This document shows positions 1 to 8,311 of a DNA stretch of 64,000 nt, in pieces. The notes under the pieces were generated by a model. It did not search any database and was not told the DNA's origin. It worked only from the letters and a program-made list of their open reading frames with translations. The stretch's first letter is position 1; the number at the start of each line of letters is the position of its first letter. This stretch comes from an uncultured bacterium (GTDB taxonomy: Bacteria > Krumholzibacteriota > Krumholzibacteriia > LZORAL124-64-63), in NCBI GenBank assembly GCA_963732385.1, contig CAVSZB010000007.1:768001-832000 (forward strand), given 5' to 3'. The position numbers were made by a program, and so were the translations under genes.

Positions 1-850
1 ATCCGTCATCGCGAACAGGCCACGGCTGCATGTCAAGCCGACGCAGGCAGTCCCCGTACAGCGCTGCGTCCTGCGGCTTGTCGCTCCACGCACACAACAC
101 CTCCAATACGTATCGCACAGGACCCTCGAAGAATAATTGGTACTGTCCCCGCCCACGATAATTAGCGTTGCCAGCAGAATCAATATGATGGATTAGGTAA
201 TTAACTCCCCGCAATATGCGAGTCCGCACATCGTCAGTCATAGTGCCTTGGATTATTCCGCGGCATAACATCAGCGCCAATACATAAGCGTGGTATTGAA
301 TGGGTCGGCTGCGATTTGCATACTCGTCTATGCCCCCATCAGACCGGAATACCTTTCTCATTCGAAACGCGTCAAGTGTCCTCCGTGGTCGGTTTCTTCT
401 TACTTTCAGCATACTCCTCAGCGCGTCATCAGTCGCCCGCATTGCCATCCAGTTAGCAGCCCACGTTGTGTTCTCACGATTAAGAGAACGGAAGCCAGCG
501 CCATTCAGCATTCCAGTTAATGATGGCTCGCGCGCCATACCGGCGGTCATAAGCAATGCAAGATTGTTAAAGTCCCAATGAATAGTATTCACATCGTACA
601 CCGCGAAGCCACCAGCATACTGCCGCTCCGCCAGGGTCATCATCTCGTCCCGATGCCGAATATATTTAGCATTACCAGTTAGATCTCCCAAAATCTGAGC
701 CGCGAGCACAAGATGACTCAGTGCGTAGTGCTGGTTGGGAAACGCTTCAGCCTCTGGATCCCATATTCCGGCAAATTCGTAGCACGGGCCGTCACATGCG
801 GCGGGAGGTCGCCAGTATGCGCGCAGGGCCTCATAGCGTGCGCTAAGCAT
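1..850 (-). CDS. Partial (runs off left edge) hypothetical protein of the polysaccharide cluster, probably helical toroid/heparinase-like
   Basis: Not in the ORF track because it has no stop in the window. Manual translation from ATG 850: MLSARYEALRAYWRPP...SRPIQYHAYVLALML...GVNYLIHHIDSAGNANYRGRGQYQLFFEG..., open to the edge. Start overlaps the wzy-tail stop (TAG 843-845). Confidence 0.7.
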   Translation of the reverse strand, partial: MLSARYEALRAYWRPPAACDGPCYEFAGIWDPEAEAFPNQHYALSHLVLAAQILGDLTGNAKYIRHRDEMMTLAERQYAGGFAVYDVNTIHWDFNNLALLMTAGMAREPSLTGMLNGAGFRSLNRENTTWAANWMAMRATDDALRSMLKVRRNRPRRTLDAFRMRKVFRSDGGIDEYANRSRPIQYHAYVLALMLCRGIIQGTMTDDVRTRILRGVNYLIHHIDSAGNANYRGRGQYQLFFEGPVRYVLEVLCAWSDKPQDAALYGDCLRRLDMQPWPVRDDG

Positions 851-2115
851 CGGCGTCACCAATGCAATGGCCGGTCTTCGAGCGCTGCATATGGTCGCGC
901 AGCAGCAAGCCCAGCACGATGGCCTGAGCACATAAAATCCACGTCCCGAAATACACCCAGTGATTGCTAAAGAACGAGATAAACAGGCACCACCCCATCA
1001 CTGCATACAACGGCGCTAGCCACACGCGTCTCCGTCGTACAATCTCCGCATAGATCCATGCGCAGAATGCCCCGAGCAGGAGCGGCAGGCACAGTACACC
1101 CGCCGCGCCATAGTCCGCAAAAAACTGCCGAAGGTATGTATGCGTGTTTCCGTAAAGTGGGGCATAATAGAAGTTGCCATGATGGGATTCGATCTCCCGA
1201 GACCCGTTTTAGACGCATCCATATATATCGCATCGGCCGGGCTGTCTGCTCACCATCGGTGTTGTGCTCAAGATCATGGTAGTATTCAGTGAAATTTCCG
1301 TAACCTGACGTCATATAATGGTACGGGTTCCCCAATGGTGCGAGCATTTGTGGCAAATGGATGTGGCCGTCGCGCACATAAAAACGGTGGTCGCCAAAGT
1401 AGTACGGTGACGTTATGCGGGTATATCCGATAAAGAACAGCAACATCCCAATACAAGCTCCGACGAGATACTTCATCCGTATGCGATCTTCGAACAGCGT
1501 TGCCACGATCGACGCCATGACCACAGCCTTAACAATAGCCTGCTTTTGATTGGCCAGCACAAGCGCAATCATGGCCGCACCGCCAAGGACCAGGGCAAAG
1601 GCGTCAACCCGGCGTCCGGATGCGCGATGACGCAGGACCAGAAGGCACGGCACCAAAGCATTGATCTGGTAAATTACGCCCCAGCCCAACAGCGTAAATT
1701 CCTCGCGCACTGCGAGCGGAGCGATGAGAAAACCAATCAGACCGCGGTTCGCGATGACCGATCGAACCTCAACGGCAGCAGCCACGACTCCTATGCAACA
1801 GGCCCCAAGTGCCACGCGCCCAAGCACGCATGTCGGCAAGGCGGTTGCGACGCACTGGCCCCGCAATGGGGCCCAAAATCTACTGATGCCCAATGTGAAA
1901 AGGAAATATCCGGTCGCGAACGCCAACAGACTTCCATAGAAAAACAAAATCATCGTTGCACTGGCCGGCTCGTAGTCGATGAGGTTCAGGTGCCGGAGGG
2001 CGAGCGTGCCGAGCCAACTCGTGGCGAAAATCGCAAGCGGAGAGAACCTGCGACCGGTCAACATCCGATCGAGTCCGACTATGAGCATCCAGAGCAGTAC
2101 GTCGGCTAGCCACAT
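843..2115 (-). pseudogene. wzy: O-antigen/oligosaccharide repeat unit polymerase Wzy, interrupted by an apparent +1 frameshift near 1207-1210
   Basis: Multi-TM ORF 967..2115 turns to nonsense after RLKR. The +1 frame continues ESHHGNFYYAPLYGNTHTYLRQFFADYGAAGVLCLPLLLG (N-x-x-T...D-Y/F-G-x-x-G Wzy-type motif) into ORF 843..1025. May be an assembly error. Confidence 0.75.
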
Positions 2116-3122
2116 TAGAACAAACGGCCTTTCCGCACGACCCGCTTTACGAACCCCCCCAGCCTGCGGGCATCAGAGATATTTCTGGCGCAGTGCACAA
2201 GGTGTCCGAGTTCCTCGACATTCGCCCCTATTGCCTGGATCTTCAGACCTGTGCCAATGAGAAATTTCTGTGCGCTGGAAATTTCCGCAAATGCCGGCAG
2301 GCGAGGACGCAGGGTCTCGCCAACATTGTCCGCTTCCGTAAACTCCGAGCGGTCGAGCCGCTGCGCGAGACACCGCAGATGCCCCACGTTCCGAGGCGCA
2401 ATGCCCATAAGGCGTGACATCTCCGCATCTGTCGCCAGCGCATCATTGCCCAATAAGGTAATACCTAGGTCGCGCGCCACTCCATGGACGGGACCATTCC
2501 CCTCCATGGCCGGTCGGCCATCGAGAACCGCAAGATCCGGCGGTTTTGCTTGAAAGATATCAGCCAATACCACATCGAGGTAGGGATGATAGCGCTGCTT
2601 TTCCGCCGTCGGCAGCAAACCAAAACAATTCTTGAGCGCGCCGGTGACGCGAGTAAGATTATGCGTCTTGATCTTGGAGAAGCTGACGAAGACATCGGCC
2701 TCAACCACTGTTTGTGCTAGTGGTATCTGCTTGAAGAATTCGCCCTCACAAGGCACAAGAACCGTTCGATCCCGCGAGAAGTCCAGGAGTTCGAAGTCGT
2801 TGGCCATTGCGGCACTGTCCAGACCCTGAAAAACAAACTTGTCGTGAGCAAAACCATGGCCAATGCTGTCGCTGTCACCCACGATAATTCTTGCAGAAAC
2901 AGCCACCGTTCTGAGTGAAGCGACAAATTCGACCACAGCTGCCGTGGCCACGCAGACGCCCCCGTCAGCTGAGTAGCGATGCGCAGCGCAGAGATTCAAT
3001 TTCACGACGATAGTCCGCGCTGTGCTCAACTTGCGATCAACCTGCAGAGCCCGATAGAGGGCGGCTCCCGCCACGCCATCCGGTGCTCCTCCTTGCACAT
3101 AGGCGATGCGCGGTGGTTTCAT
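2115..3122 (-). CDS. DUF362 domain-containing protein
   Basis: Motifs VVKLNL, GDSD, KIKTHNLTRVTGALKNCFG, AMEGNGP, DALATD. Start set at ATG 3122 (ATGA overlap with upstream stop); TAATG overlap with wzy. Confidence 0.75.
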   Translation of the reverse strand: MKPPRIAYVQGGAPDGVAGAALYRALQVDRKLSTARTIVVKLNLCAAHRYSADGGVCVATAAVVEFVASLRTVAVSARIIVGDSDSIGHGFAHDKFVFQGLDSAAMANDFELLDFSRDRTVLVPCEGEFFKQIPLAQTVVEADVFVSFSKIKTHNLTRVTGALKNCFGLLPTAEKQRYHPYLDVVLADIFQAKPPDLAVLDGRPAMEGNGPVHGVARDLGITLLGNDALATDAEMSRLMGIAPRNVGHLRCLAQRLDRSEFTEADNVGETLRPRLPAFAEISSAQKFLIGTGLKIQAIGANVEELGHLVHCARNISDARRLGGFVKRVVRKGRLF

Positions 3123-4636
3123 GCGTCGAACTCCTCGCGGGCGAGTAAGTAGTAGGCCGCCCCGTAGTTGAACGCCGTCGCGATGTTCCGCACCGTCGCG
3201 ATGGCTCCCTCCTGATTTTGACTCACGATGCCCCCAGATGCCGACGATCCCGTTACCATGATCTGCCGAGCCTCGCACCAGCGCAGGGCCGCGTCCACCG
3301 AACTCCGGATATCAGAATCGAGATCTGGCAGCAACCGACGAGCGCGATTCAGGTGCAGGGCCAGCGCCGGCGTACCCTTATTGCACGCGCCGCTTGCAGG
3401 CCGATCGATGAGGTAGTTCCACGAGCCGTCAGGACGTTGATCACGGAGAATGGCCTCGACGAGCGCACGAACCCGCGGCAAAAGCCAATCGCTGCCCTCT
3501 GTGAGCAACGGCAACCAACCCTCGAGAACCCACGCCATCCCGCGAGCGAAGATCGTCCGTGTATGTCGACCATTCGCCCTCCATATCTTGCGATAGTACG
3601 GGCCACGAGTACCGAATCTTTCCACGATGTCGCGGGCAAGTCGATCTGCCGCTTCTAGCCAGCCACGATCCCCCCGTCGTCTGTACATCTCGACGAGGAA
3701 GGCAGGTGTCCAAGCGGCATCGAGATAAAGCCACGAGTCATCCCATCTTTGCCGCTGATCGTCCCATCCAACCCGCAGGCGGCCCTCTGAGATCCCTTCG
3801 TTGACGATCCACCGCGCGACATGCTCAGCCTGATCCAGATAACCAGCGTCACCCGTCATTTCGGCAGCCGTGAGCAGTCCATGGAGCCCGATGAAGGCGC
3901 AGTCGTTCGGGGCGTGCCAAGGGACAACGCCTGCGTCCAGCCGGCGATCAGGATCCCAGCGGACCATATAAGATCCAGCCTGAGCACCAGTCTGACGCTG
4001 ACGGGACCGCAGGCCCCGCTCGAGGCGGCCAAGCTCAAGATTCAAAACTCCGCGCAGGCTCAGTCTGGCCAGAGCCTCGTAGGTAATCGCTGTCGTCCAG
4101 TACCAAGACCAGAGACGCGCGGAGTTGGCCTCAACATCAAAGGCCGTCAGCGAAACGATTATGTCGCTCCCCGGCACCGCAGTCAGGCTGTTGATCAAAA
4201 ATCGCGCCGCGCCATCTATGCCCGGATGACCGCTCGAGACAACGCCCGCCGGGTGGCTTCCCCAGCCAAGACGAAGACCAGACCCGGAAGAATTCGCGCT
4301 TACCAACACCGCGTTTGCGTGCCAACTCACGGGTAGCGATACAATGTTCTCGCCGGGAACCACCGCCTCCGCAGGCGCGAACTCGAACCAGACGATTTCT
4401 CCCTCGTGCGACGCCCCAGCTAGTTTGACTGGGATTCTATTGACGTGCGCCGTGCCCTCGCGCGGCCGGCCACCGACAAGTCCCAGCCGAACGCCATGCG
4501 CAGGCCAGGTCGAGAACGCACAAACGGGGTAGAAGAGATCCCGACTTTGCGTGCCCACCAGATGAATCCGCGTCCACCGCTTCAGACACTCAGGAAGACG
4601 ACGCACAGAATCATGGGGTTGCTGGCCATTATTCAT
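3119..4636 (-). CDS. (alpha/alpha)6-barrel protein, GH88/GH105-like glycoside hydrolase
   Basis: FARGMAWVLEG and QRPDGSW resemble GH88/105 WARGxxW and QxxDGxW motifs; TGDAGYLDQA and GDRGWLEAA helical repeats. GAGAGGTG RBS before ATG 4636. Confidence 0.55.
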   Translation of the reverse strand: MNNGQQPHDSVRRLPECLKRWTRIHLVGTQSRDLFYPVCAFSTWPAHGVRLGLVGGRPREGTAHVNRIPVKLAGASHEGEIVWFEFAPAEAVVPGENIVSLPVSWHANAVLVSANSSGSGLRLGWGSHPAGVVSSGHPGIDGAARFLINSLTAVPGSDIIVSLTAFDVEANSARLWSWYWTTAITYEALARLSLRGVLNLELGRLERGLRSRQRQTGAQAGSYMVRWDPDRRLDAGVVPWHAPNDCAFIGLHGLLTAAEMTGDAGYLDQAEHVARWIVNEGISEGRLRVGWDDQRQRWDDSWLYLDAAWTPAFLVEMYRRRGDRGWLEAADRLARDIVERFGTRGPYYRKIWRANGRHTRTIFARGMAWVLEGWLPLLTEGSDWLLPRVRALVEAILRDQRPDGSWNYLIDRPASGACNKGTPALALHLNRARRLLPDLDSDIRSSVDAALRWCEARQIMVTGSSASGGIVSQNQEGAIATVRNIATAFNYGAAYYLLAREEFDA

Positions 4637-4644
4637 CACCTCTC

Positions 4645-6111
4645 TCACCACACCAGCGATCCTGCCAAATCGTCTCGTCGCCGCCACGCCACGGCCAGCA
4701 GGGTCAGGCTGAACACCGTCTGCGCCATCCAGAAAGCCGCGGCAGACAACTGGCCACGATGGTCTCCATAAGCCACGGCCAACCAGACAACACCGCCCAA
4801 GCCATTGAGAGCCAAGTCACGGCTTCTCGGCCGAAGTCCTGTCCACCTGGCCAACGCATGGCAGAGGTACGTCGTCGTCAATGCAAATCCAACGAAACTG
4901 GCGAGGATAGCGCCGGTGATACCCAGATACGGTATCAGGAGAACGTTCAGCGCGAGGTTTGCTACAAAGCCGATGGCCAGCGCATTTCGCGTTTCTACGG
5001 TTCGCCCCAACACGACCACCAGAAACAACGACGCCGGAATGCTAACGACGCGCATCATCAGGACGAGCAGGAGCAATTGAAACGGCCAGACGCTTGCCAC
5101 GTAGGCACTGCCATAGAACAACGGTATCAGGATGCGGCCCAGCAAGCCCGCGACCACAACGAAACCCCAGCTGGCCACACTGAAGAGCACAAAAAGCTGC
5201 TCGTGGATACGCTCGATAACTGCGCTGTCGCGGCGACACACCTCGGCCAAGTGGCTGAAAAAGATCTGCTCAGGGACAGAAAATACCATGCGCCCAGCCG
5301 TACTCAGGTTCACCGCTATGTAGAAGAGGGCCAGCTCTTCGCGCGAGCGCATTGTCCCCAGCAGAATGCGGTCGGTCCAGGTCATGGCGAGAAACAGCAC
5401 CCCATTAAGCAATAGCGGAATCCCGAATGCGAACAATCGCCGCACATTAACTGGATCATCGGTCTCCGGCTCGACTCGCCCTCGAGTCTCACGATGAAAA
5501 CTCACGAGAGCCACTGCACTCCACGCCGCCAACACTAAGTAAAGCAGAACGAGTCCGCGAAGTAGCTCGGACAGGGATCCGTCGCCGAACCAGAAACACA
5601 ACAAATACACCCAGAGCAGCCCCGCACCCTCCAGGCAGAGCAACCACCCCTCCCGCGTCCAACGTCGTCGCCCTCTCTCGATGGCAGGCAACAAGAGAAA
5701 AACTGAACGGAGTCCGATCCACATGCCCAGCAATACCAGCGTCGAGAAACCCAGGTTCATGCGGAATAGAGCACGCTTTAGCAGCGGCCAAAGCACAGCC
5801 AGCATCACGAGAGTCGCGACCGTCGTCAACAGACGAGCGGCCCATGCCTTGCGAGCCACGTCGAAGCGGGAGCGCTCGCCCGAAGTTGCAGCGATGAATC
5901 GGGTTGCCGCCAATCCTGAGCCTCCGTCGGCGAACATGCACCCCATCTGCACGACCGACAGAAGCAATACGAACAGGCCAAGATCAGCTTGGGAAAAGCC
6001 ACGGGCGAGAACCACGGAGGACACCATGCCAATCACCGCCACGGCAATGGTGCTGGCGGTCTTAACGCCACCTTCGCGCATGAGTCGCCAGCGGCCTGCG
6101 ACCATCGTCAC
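4645..6111 (-). CDS. wzx: Wzx-type oligosaccharide flippase (MOP family)
   Basis: Many TM segments; LARGFSQADLG, FGIPLLL...TDRILLG, LIPYLGITGA motifs. GTGA overlap with the wzz stop. Confidence 0.85.
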   Translation of the reverse strand: MTMVAGRWRLMREGGVKTASTIAVAVIGMVSSVVLARGFSQADLGLFVLLLSVVQMGCMFADGGSGLAATRFIAATSGERSRFDVARKAWAARLLTTVATLVMLAVLWPLLKRALFRMNLGFSTLVLLGMWIGLRSVFLLLPAIERGRRRWTREGWLLCLEGAGLLWVYLLCFWFGDGSLSELLRGLVLLYLVLAAWSAVALVSFHRETRGRVEPETDDPVNVRRLFAFGIPLLLNGVLFLAMTWTDRILLGTMRSREELALFYIAVNLSTAGRMVFSVPEQIFFSHLAEVCRRDSAVIERIHEQLFVLFSVASWGFVVVAGLLGRILIPLFYGSAYVASVWPFQLLLLVLMMRVVSIPASLFLVVVLGRTVETRNALAIGFVANLALNVLLIPYLGITGAILASFVGFALTTTYLCHALARWTGLRPRSRDLALNGLGGVVWLAVAYGDHRGQLSAAAFWMAQTVFSLTLLAVAWRRRDDLAGSLVW

Positions 6112-7088
6112 TGATCTCCCGGGTGCATAACCGTAGTAGCGAATCCATGGCGCACGGCTTCGCGGCTCTCCCAGATCATGGCTAGGACTAGCCCCAAGGC
6201 CGTTGCGAGCACGAACGTCACCACCACGATGAGGCGCTTGCGCGGCGATTGACATTCGACGGGGGGAACTGCTCGATCCAGAACACTGATCACCGGCACA
6301 TCGCGAACCTCGTCGATCTTGGCGACCTCCAACTCCTTGGTGAGGGTGAGATATAGCTCCTCGCTCACACGCACCCGACGTTCGAGACGCTCGGCTTCGA
6401 GCTTGAGCTGGGGTGAACCCTGGATCTGCCTGTTCTCCTCATGGAATTGCAGCAATGCCTCTTCGAGCGTCTGCAATTCCTCGGCGACCTTGATCCTCCG
6501 GGAATCGATGAATTCCCGCCTCGCGCGGGCATTGCTACGGTTGATCTCCTGATTGACACGATCCAGTTCGGCGACCATCGCATTCGCCACCTGGGCTGCG
6601 ACCTCGGGATCCGAGTCGTAAACGACTATTTTGATCGCGTTGTTCTTCGGGTTGAGGATGGTTCGCGAGCGCCTCACCAGAAAAGCGCGTGTCGCATTTT
6701 CGATCTTCGCTTCCTGCGAATCCGACTTCATATCAAAGCGGTCCAAATAGCGCTGCGACCGTCCGGCGCGATCGACCACCGACATCTCGAGAATCGTCCT
6801 CGCCATCGCCCGGCTTTGCAGGATCTCTGGATAGACTCGCGAGGGATCTTCCCCTGACCCACCGATTCCAAACTGTCCCACCAGGCCGGACAGTTCTCCC
6901 AACGCAGCATTCAGTCCGAGCTGGCTCACATTCGGAATAAGCAAAGTGCTCGCGCGATAAATAGGAGTCACGAGGAACGAAACGACGCCAGCAATAACCG
7001 ACGCCGAGACGACGAAAGAAATCATGAATTTCCGCTGGCGCCAAACGGTGCCCAGGAGGTATCCACATAGCGTCAACAACGTGTCCAT
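6108..7088 (-). CDS. wzz: Wzz/GumC-like polysaccharide chain-length determinant (GNVR domain)
   Basis: N-terminal TM plus PIYRAST, DSDPEVAAQVAN, coiled coil, VLDRAVPP...SPRKRLIV and C-terminal TM. Confidence 0.85.
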   Translation of the reverse strand: MDTLLTLCGYLLGTVWRQRKFMISFVVSASVIAGVVSFLVTPIYRASTLLIPNVSQLGLNAALGELSGLVGQFGIGGSGEDPSRVYPEILQSRAMARTILEMSVVDRAGRSQRYLDRFDMKSDSQEAKIENATRAFLVRRSRTILNPKNNAIKIVVYDSDPEVAAQVANAMVAELDRVNQEINRSNARARREFIDSRRIKVAEELQTLEEALLQFHEENRQIQGSPQLKLEAERLERRVRVSEELYLTLTKELEVAKIDEVRDVPVISVLDRAVPPVECQSPRKRLIVVVTFVLATALGLVLAMIWESREAVRHGFATTVMHPGDQ

Positions 7089-7252
7089 CCTTCGCTACCA
7101 ACACCCTTCCAAGAGTTTCCAGATTCTTCGCGACGTTATCGATCCCACGACCCGCGCTCGATGCATCGGCACCAGACCCGGTCGTTTCCGTGCCATCCGC
7201 GCGAAACGGCTCCGCGCCCAGTAAGCATGAAATATCGGTCGCCCGGAGCGGG

Positions 7253-7954
7253 CTACTGACTGTTCACGTCAATCCGATCGAGACAGAAGAAAAAAGCCGC
7301 AGCCCAAGAGCGCGGCGTGATGGCACAGAGTGCGTGGTTGCCTCTATGAATGAGCCAGGCCGCCCAGCGTCTCTTGCCAGGCGCAAAAAGCCGGTATGGC
7401 AAGACGTTTTGAGTCAGCACTCGGACGACGCGAAAACCGTGCTGCCCGAAAATCTGTGTCCATTCAGTCAGCGACTTGAGCTGGAGATGTTCGCTCCGTC
7501 GGCCCAACTTCACGGCCAGCTTGTCATAGAGCAGGCAATACAGGCCCGATCCATTCGGCACACTGATGAAAGCGCGTCCGCCTGGCACCAGAACGCGGTG
7601 CAACATGGTCAGAACCTCTTCGACTGCAGAAACGTGCTCGATCACCTGATTGGACACAACGAAATCGAAATGCCCCGATTCGAACGATTCAGGTCGCAGC
7701 TCGAAAACGCGAAACTGCCCTGCCGGATAGGTCTCTCGGGCTTTCCGTATCTTGGACTCGTCGATGTCGATGCCCAGCGTATCCACCCCAGCAGAAGCGA
7801 GGCGAGAGGTCATCCATCCGACGCCGCAGCCAAATTCGAGCGCGCGACTTGCCCCGCTGGCCCAATCCAGCACCCAGCTACAGTTTTCCTCGTACCAAGG
7901 CCACTCGAATGACCGTTCCAGATCGCCGCGTGGTTTCATCGGGATCGTTGTCAT
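7253..7954 (-). CDS. Class I SAM-dependent methyltransferase
   Basis: LEFGCGVG motif I, GIDID, FDFVVSNQVIEHV, LVPGG...SVPN. Start uncertain (7939-8023). Confidence 0.85.
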   Translation of the reverse strand: MTTIPMKPRGDLERSFEWPWYEENCSWVLDWASGASRALEFGCGVGWMTSRLASAGVDTLGIDIDESKIRKARETYPAGQFRVFELRPESFESGHFDFVVSNQVIEHVSAVEEVLTMLHRVLVPGGRAFISVPNGSGLYCLLYDKLAVKLGRRSEHLQLKSLTEWTQIFGQHGFRVVRVLTQNVLPYRLFAPGKRRWAAWLIHRGNHALCAITPRSWAAAFFFCLDRIDVNSQ

Positions 7955-8065
7955 TGCTTCGGACCTCTCGCGAGAGCCCCGCCGATCCATTGCTCCCTTG
8001 ATGACTGCCCTATTCGATCTCAACAGCCCGGTGGCCGATTCACCCGGGAGCGCTTCTGGATGTCC

Positions 8066-8311
8066 TCATCCGATATGCGCACCGGCACTAGCAACGTACC
8101 AGTCGATATCTTGGCCCTCCATAAAGACCGGGGTATTCGGGAAAATGACCTCGCTTGCCGCCCTTGCGAAGACGTCGCGCCGCAGTTGGGCGACACGCGA
8201 AGCGGGGAAGAACATTGCCAAGATCAGCAACAGAGATGGATGGGGCCACACCCTGCCCAAAACCACTGTGACAGCCATGGCTGCGATCATCCCAACCTTT
8301 CCCACCTTCAT
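8066..8311 (-). CDS. Small hypothetical membrane-associated protein or gene remnant
   Basis: 81 aa with hydrophobic N-terminus. Its ATG overlaps (ATGA) the stop of the frameshift-corrected SLBB gene. Confidence 0.3.
   Translation of the reverse strand: MKVGKVGMIAAMAVTVVLGRVWPHPSLLLILAMFFPASRVAQLRRDVFARAASEVIFPNTPVFMEGQDIDWYVASAGAHIG

Noticed and set aside
7092..7107. GTGTTGGTAGCG upstream of wzz resembling part of a JUMPstart element
   Set aside because: No ops core (GGCGGTAG) follows; the match is too short.
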